64,000 bases of DNA from Bugula neritina (Eukaryota > Animalia > Bryozoa): assembly GCA_964035545.1 (NCBI GenBank), contig OZ037766.1, positions 10,592,722-10,656,721 of the forward strand, written 5' to 3'. Under the pieces are notes generated by a model that saw only the letters and a list, made by a program, of their open reading frames with translations, made no database searches and was not told the DNA's origin. A program made the position numbers and the translations under genes. This document shows positions 61,738 to 64,000 of this stretch, in pieces (the stretch's first letter is position 1; every line of letters begins with the position of its first letter).

Positions 61738-64000
61738 CTGACATCAACTCTTACTGAGGTTGCTAATGAAAACAAGTAACAAATAATTAGTTATCAGCAC
61801 TGACACGACTGGCAGCAACACTTTGCATAATGAAACTGCTCTTTAGACTGAATATGCAAATCTATTGAAAGTTTTACTATAATCCCATGGTACTTTAAGT
61901 GATCGGTTGAATAGAGTAAGAAGTTAGCATCAGCAAATTCTCAAGGCTTGATAATTAAGTTGTCTGCCAATTTTGAAAGTTACCAACAAGCAAAGAATTA
62001 ATATAAACATGTAGACACAATAACCTGGTTATTATTATATATAATTTCAACACTCACCTTATCACAAGTAACTTGTTACAATATAATATTATACATGACT
62101 TAGGTACACATTTCTCAATGTGCTGTCTGTGCCAATTATACAGGTGGAGTAGCTCATGTGAGAGTTAAGTAGCTATTGCACTGCACAGTCCCCTTAACAA
62201 AAGATTCAATTATGACAAAGCATTGGCTAAGGTTAACAGTAACATATTGTCTATATGCACAACAACAATCAATGTTTTCTGCTATATCCTTTGAGTTCTG
62301 TAATTGGGTGATGATTTGTGAAAGACTTGTGATATTTAATTGTTGTTTTAAATAACAGTAAAAACAAAAGTCATAATTTAAATAGCTTCCTGCTAAGCAT
62401 TTTGCACCTGAAATAATCTAACTTATAAATTTTTTGCTTCAAAGGCGTTAGGAATTTGAAATGAAGCAGCCAGTGTAAATTCCTGCTGCTTACTGGTTAT
62501 TGATTCATTCCGGCCAATAAGCAAAAGCTAGACAATGACTGCCTGAAAGAACAATTCCAACAGTGATATTCCGAATATGAGGCTGTCATGATGACACATT
62601 ATCCTTTATTGTGTATTTTCTCTATTAATTATGCAAGCCAGGGTGTAACCATATAGTATTAAACTATTTACCCAATGATTATTGTATATTATTATGCAAT
62701 AGTTCTATAGCACATATTATAAGCTAAAATGAGAATTTTTGTTAGCTATTGCATTCAATTGAATAGAAATTGAATTAAATTTTATAGAAAAGCATAAATT
62801 TTTATTTGAGAGCAGCTAGCTCAACATTTTCTAAATGAATTTGAACTGTTAAAACTAAAAGTTCATTTTGTATGAAATGATAAGGCTCTTTTTAATAATG
62901 TGAATGAATTTGTAAAAGACATGATCTTATAACTTATATAAAAGCTGTATTTTAATATTATGTGCCATTTTCAAAAGGTCATTAACATTTGCAGCAATAT
63001 TTGAAATATTTTATATCAATCAGGTAACAGTCTTTCCGAATCTGTATTGGGTAGATTAAATGTTTATGTTGGCCTCAGTTTACTTTGTTAAACAGGTATC
63101 CAAGTGGATAGATATAGTTTCATTATAATATGAAACACCACAAAGTAAAAGTATTTTGCCCATCGTAATAATATTATAGGCCTACTCGAGACTTAGTTTG
63201 TGATGTCGAATGAGAGATGAGACAACTCCATGGTTTATGCTCAGTATTTGCCCATAACTCCAAATCCATCATCCAAATATGATCTGCTTTTAACCTTCAA
63301 TCATTCTGGTTTAACTACTCCCTTCCGAGAACTGTCAGGCTACAATTTATTGTCAATATTTGCTGAAAATTAGATTTTCTACAACTTTAAGTCATTGCCC
63401 AGCTTGAAAATCGTGCTGAAAATACCTGCCTGAATTTACTTGACTGGGCCATTAAAACTGGAGACGCTATGTAACTTTTTATGAAAAAATGAGTTTTTAG
63501 TTTGCTCACTTTTTATACAAAGATGTGAAAAATACTAGCTCACTTGAAAACTTCTGCTTTGTGTTCATATATTTCAAGGCGTATAAGTATAGACGTATAG
63601 TGATACCATGAATTGGAAGATACTAATGGAAGCATCCTTTAACCTTTTATATAATCATGTCACATTATTACAAAAATATTGCACATTTTGCTTTCCCATA
63701 TTACGGAATACATTGTCTCATGCTTGTGCTAGACTATTTCTGTGAATCTCAAGCTTTACCTAATAGCTTTAAAGCTTTGATGCAATATTTTTTTTGTAAA
63801 TCACCAGTTGAAATACTTACATTTTTGAGATGCAATACACAACTGAGGAAAGACAACTCTAACCACACTTGCTTGTTATTATACAACTGTATCCCACCAC
63901 ACAGCATTCAACACGGTGTATTATATTACTCCATTTATTGCCAAGGTATTGATAAAACACTTTAAAAAGTATAATAGTAAATTTATTTCTCAATGCTTGC

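Noticed and set aside
63190-63965. Slightly GC-richer segment and a 102-aa ORF near the window end
   Set aside because: No recognisable protein or transposon motif in the frames I read; cannot be supported as a feature.

Overview
AT-rich, gene-dense, intron-containing animal (invertebrate-type) genomic DNA; the species cannot be determined from the sequence alone. Eleven protein-coding genes were assembled by hand from splice signals and protein motifs: DNAJC14 (3' part), HSCB, MANF, HSPA14, an SLC46/PCFT-like MFS transporter, a geranylgeranyl-reductase-family flavoenzyme, PICK1 (intronless CDS), eIF3d, an ankyrin-repeat-caspase fusion, an SPA17-like RIIa/multi-IQ protein and an intronless DH-PH RhoGEF. 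A decayed 4.8-kb Kolobok DNA transposon (TTAA TSD, imperfect TIRs, KolX pseudogene) sits in HSPA14 intron 7. SINE-like fragments and mini/microsatellites are also present. The main observations are: (1) degenerate A[CG]TAT[AT]-type hexamer tracts lying just downstream of every housekeeping-type promoter and inside both ends of the transposon; (2) an ANK-caspase with an intact His/Cys dyad but a QCCQS active-site motif; (3) two minisatellites built from 3' splice sites, one giving 16 tandem AG acceptors (15 of which would truncate eIF3d) and one in which only the last copy keeps the AG. All family assignments come from recalled motifs, not database searches, and exon boundaries are manual predictions.
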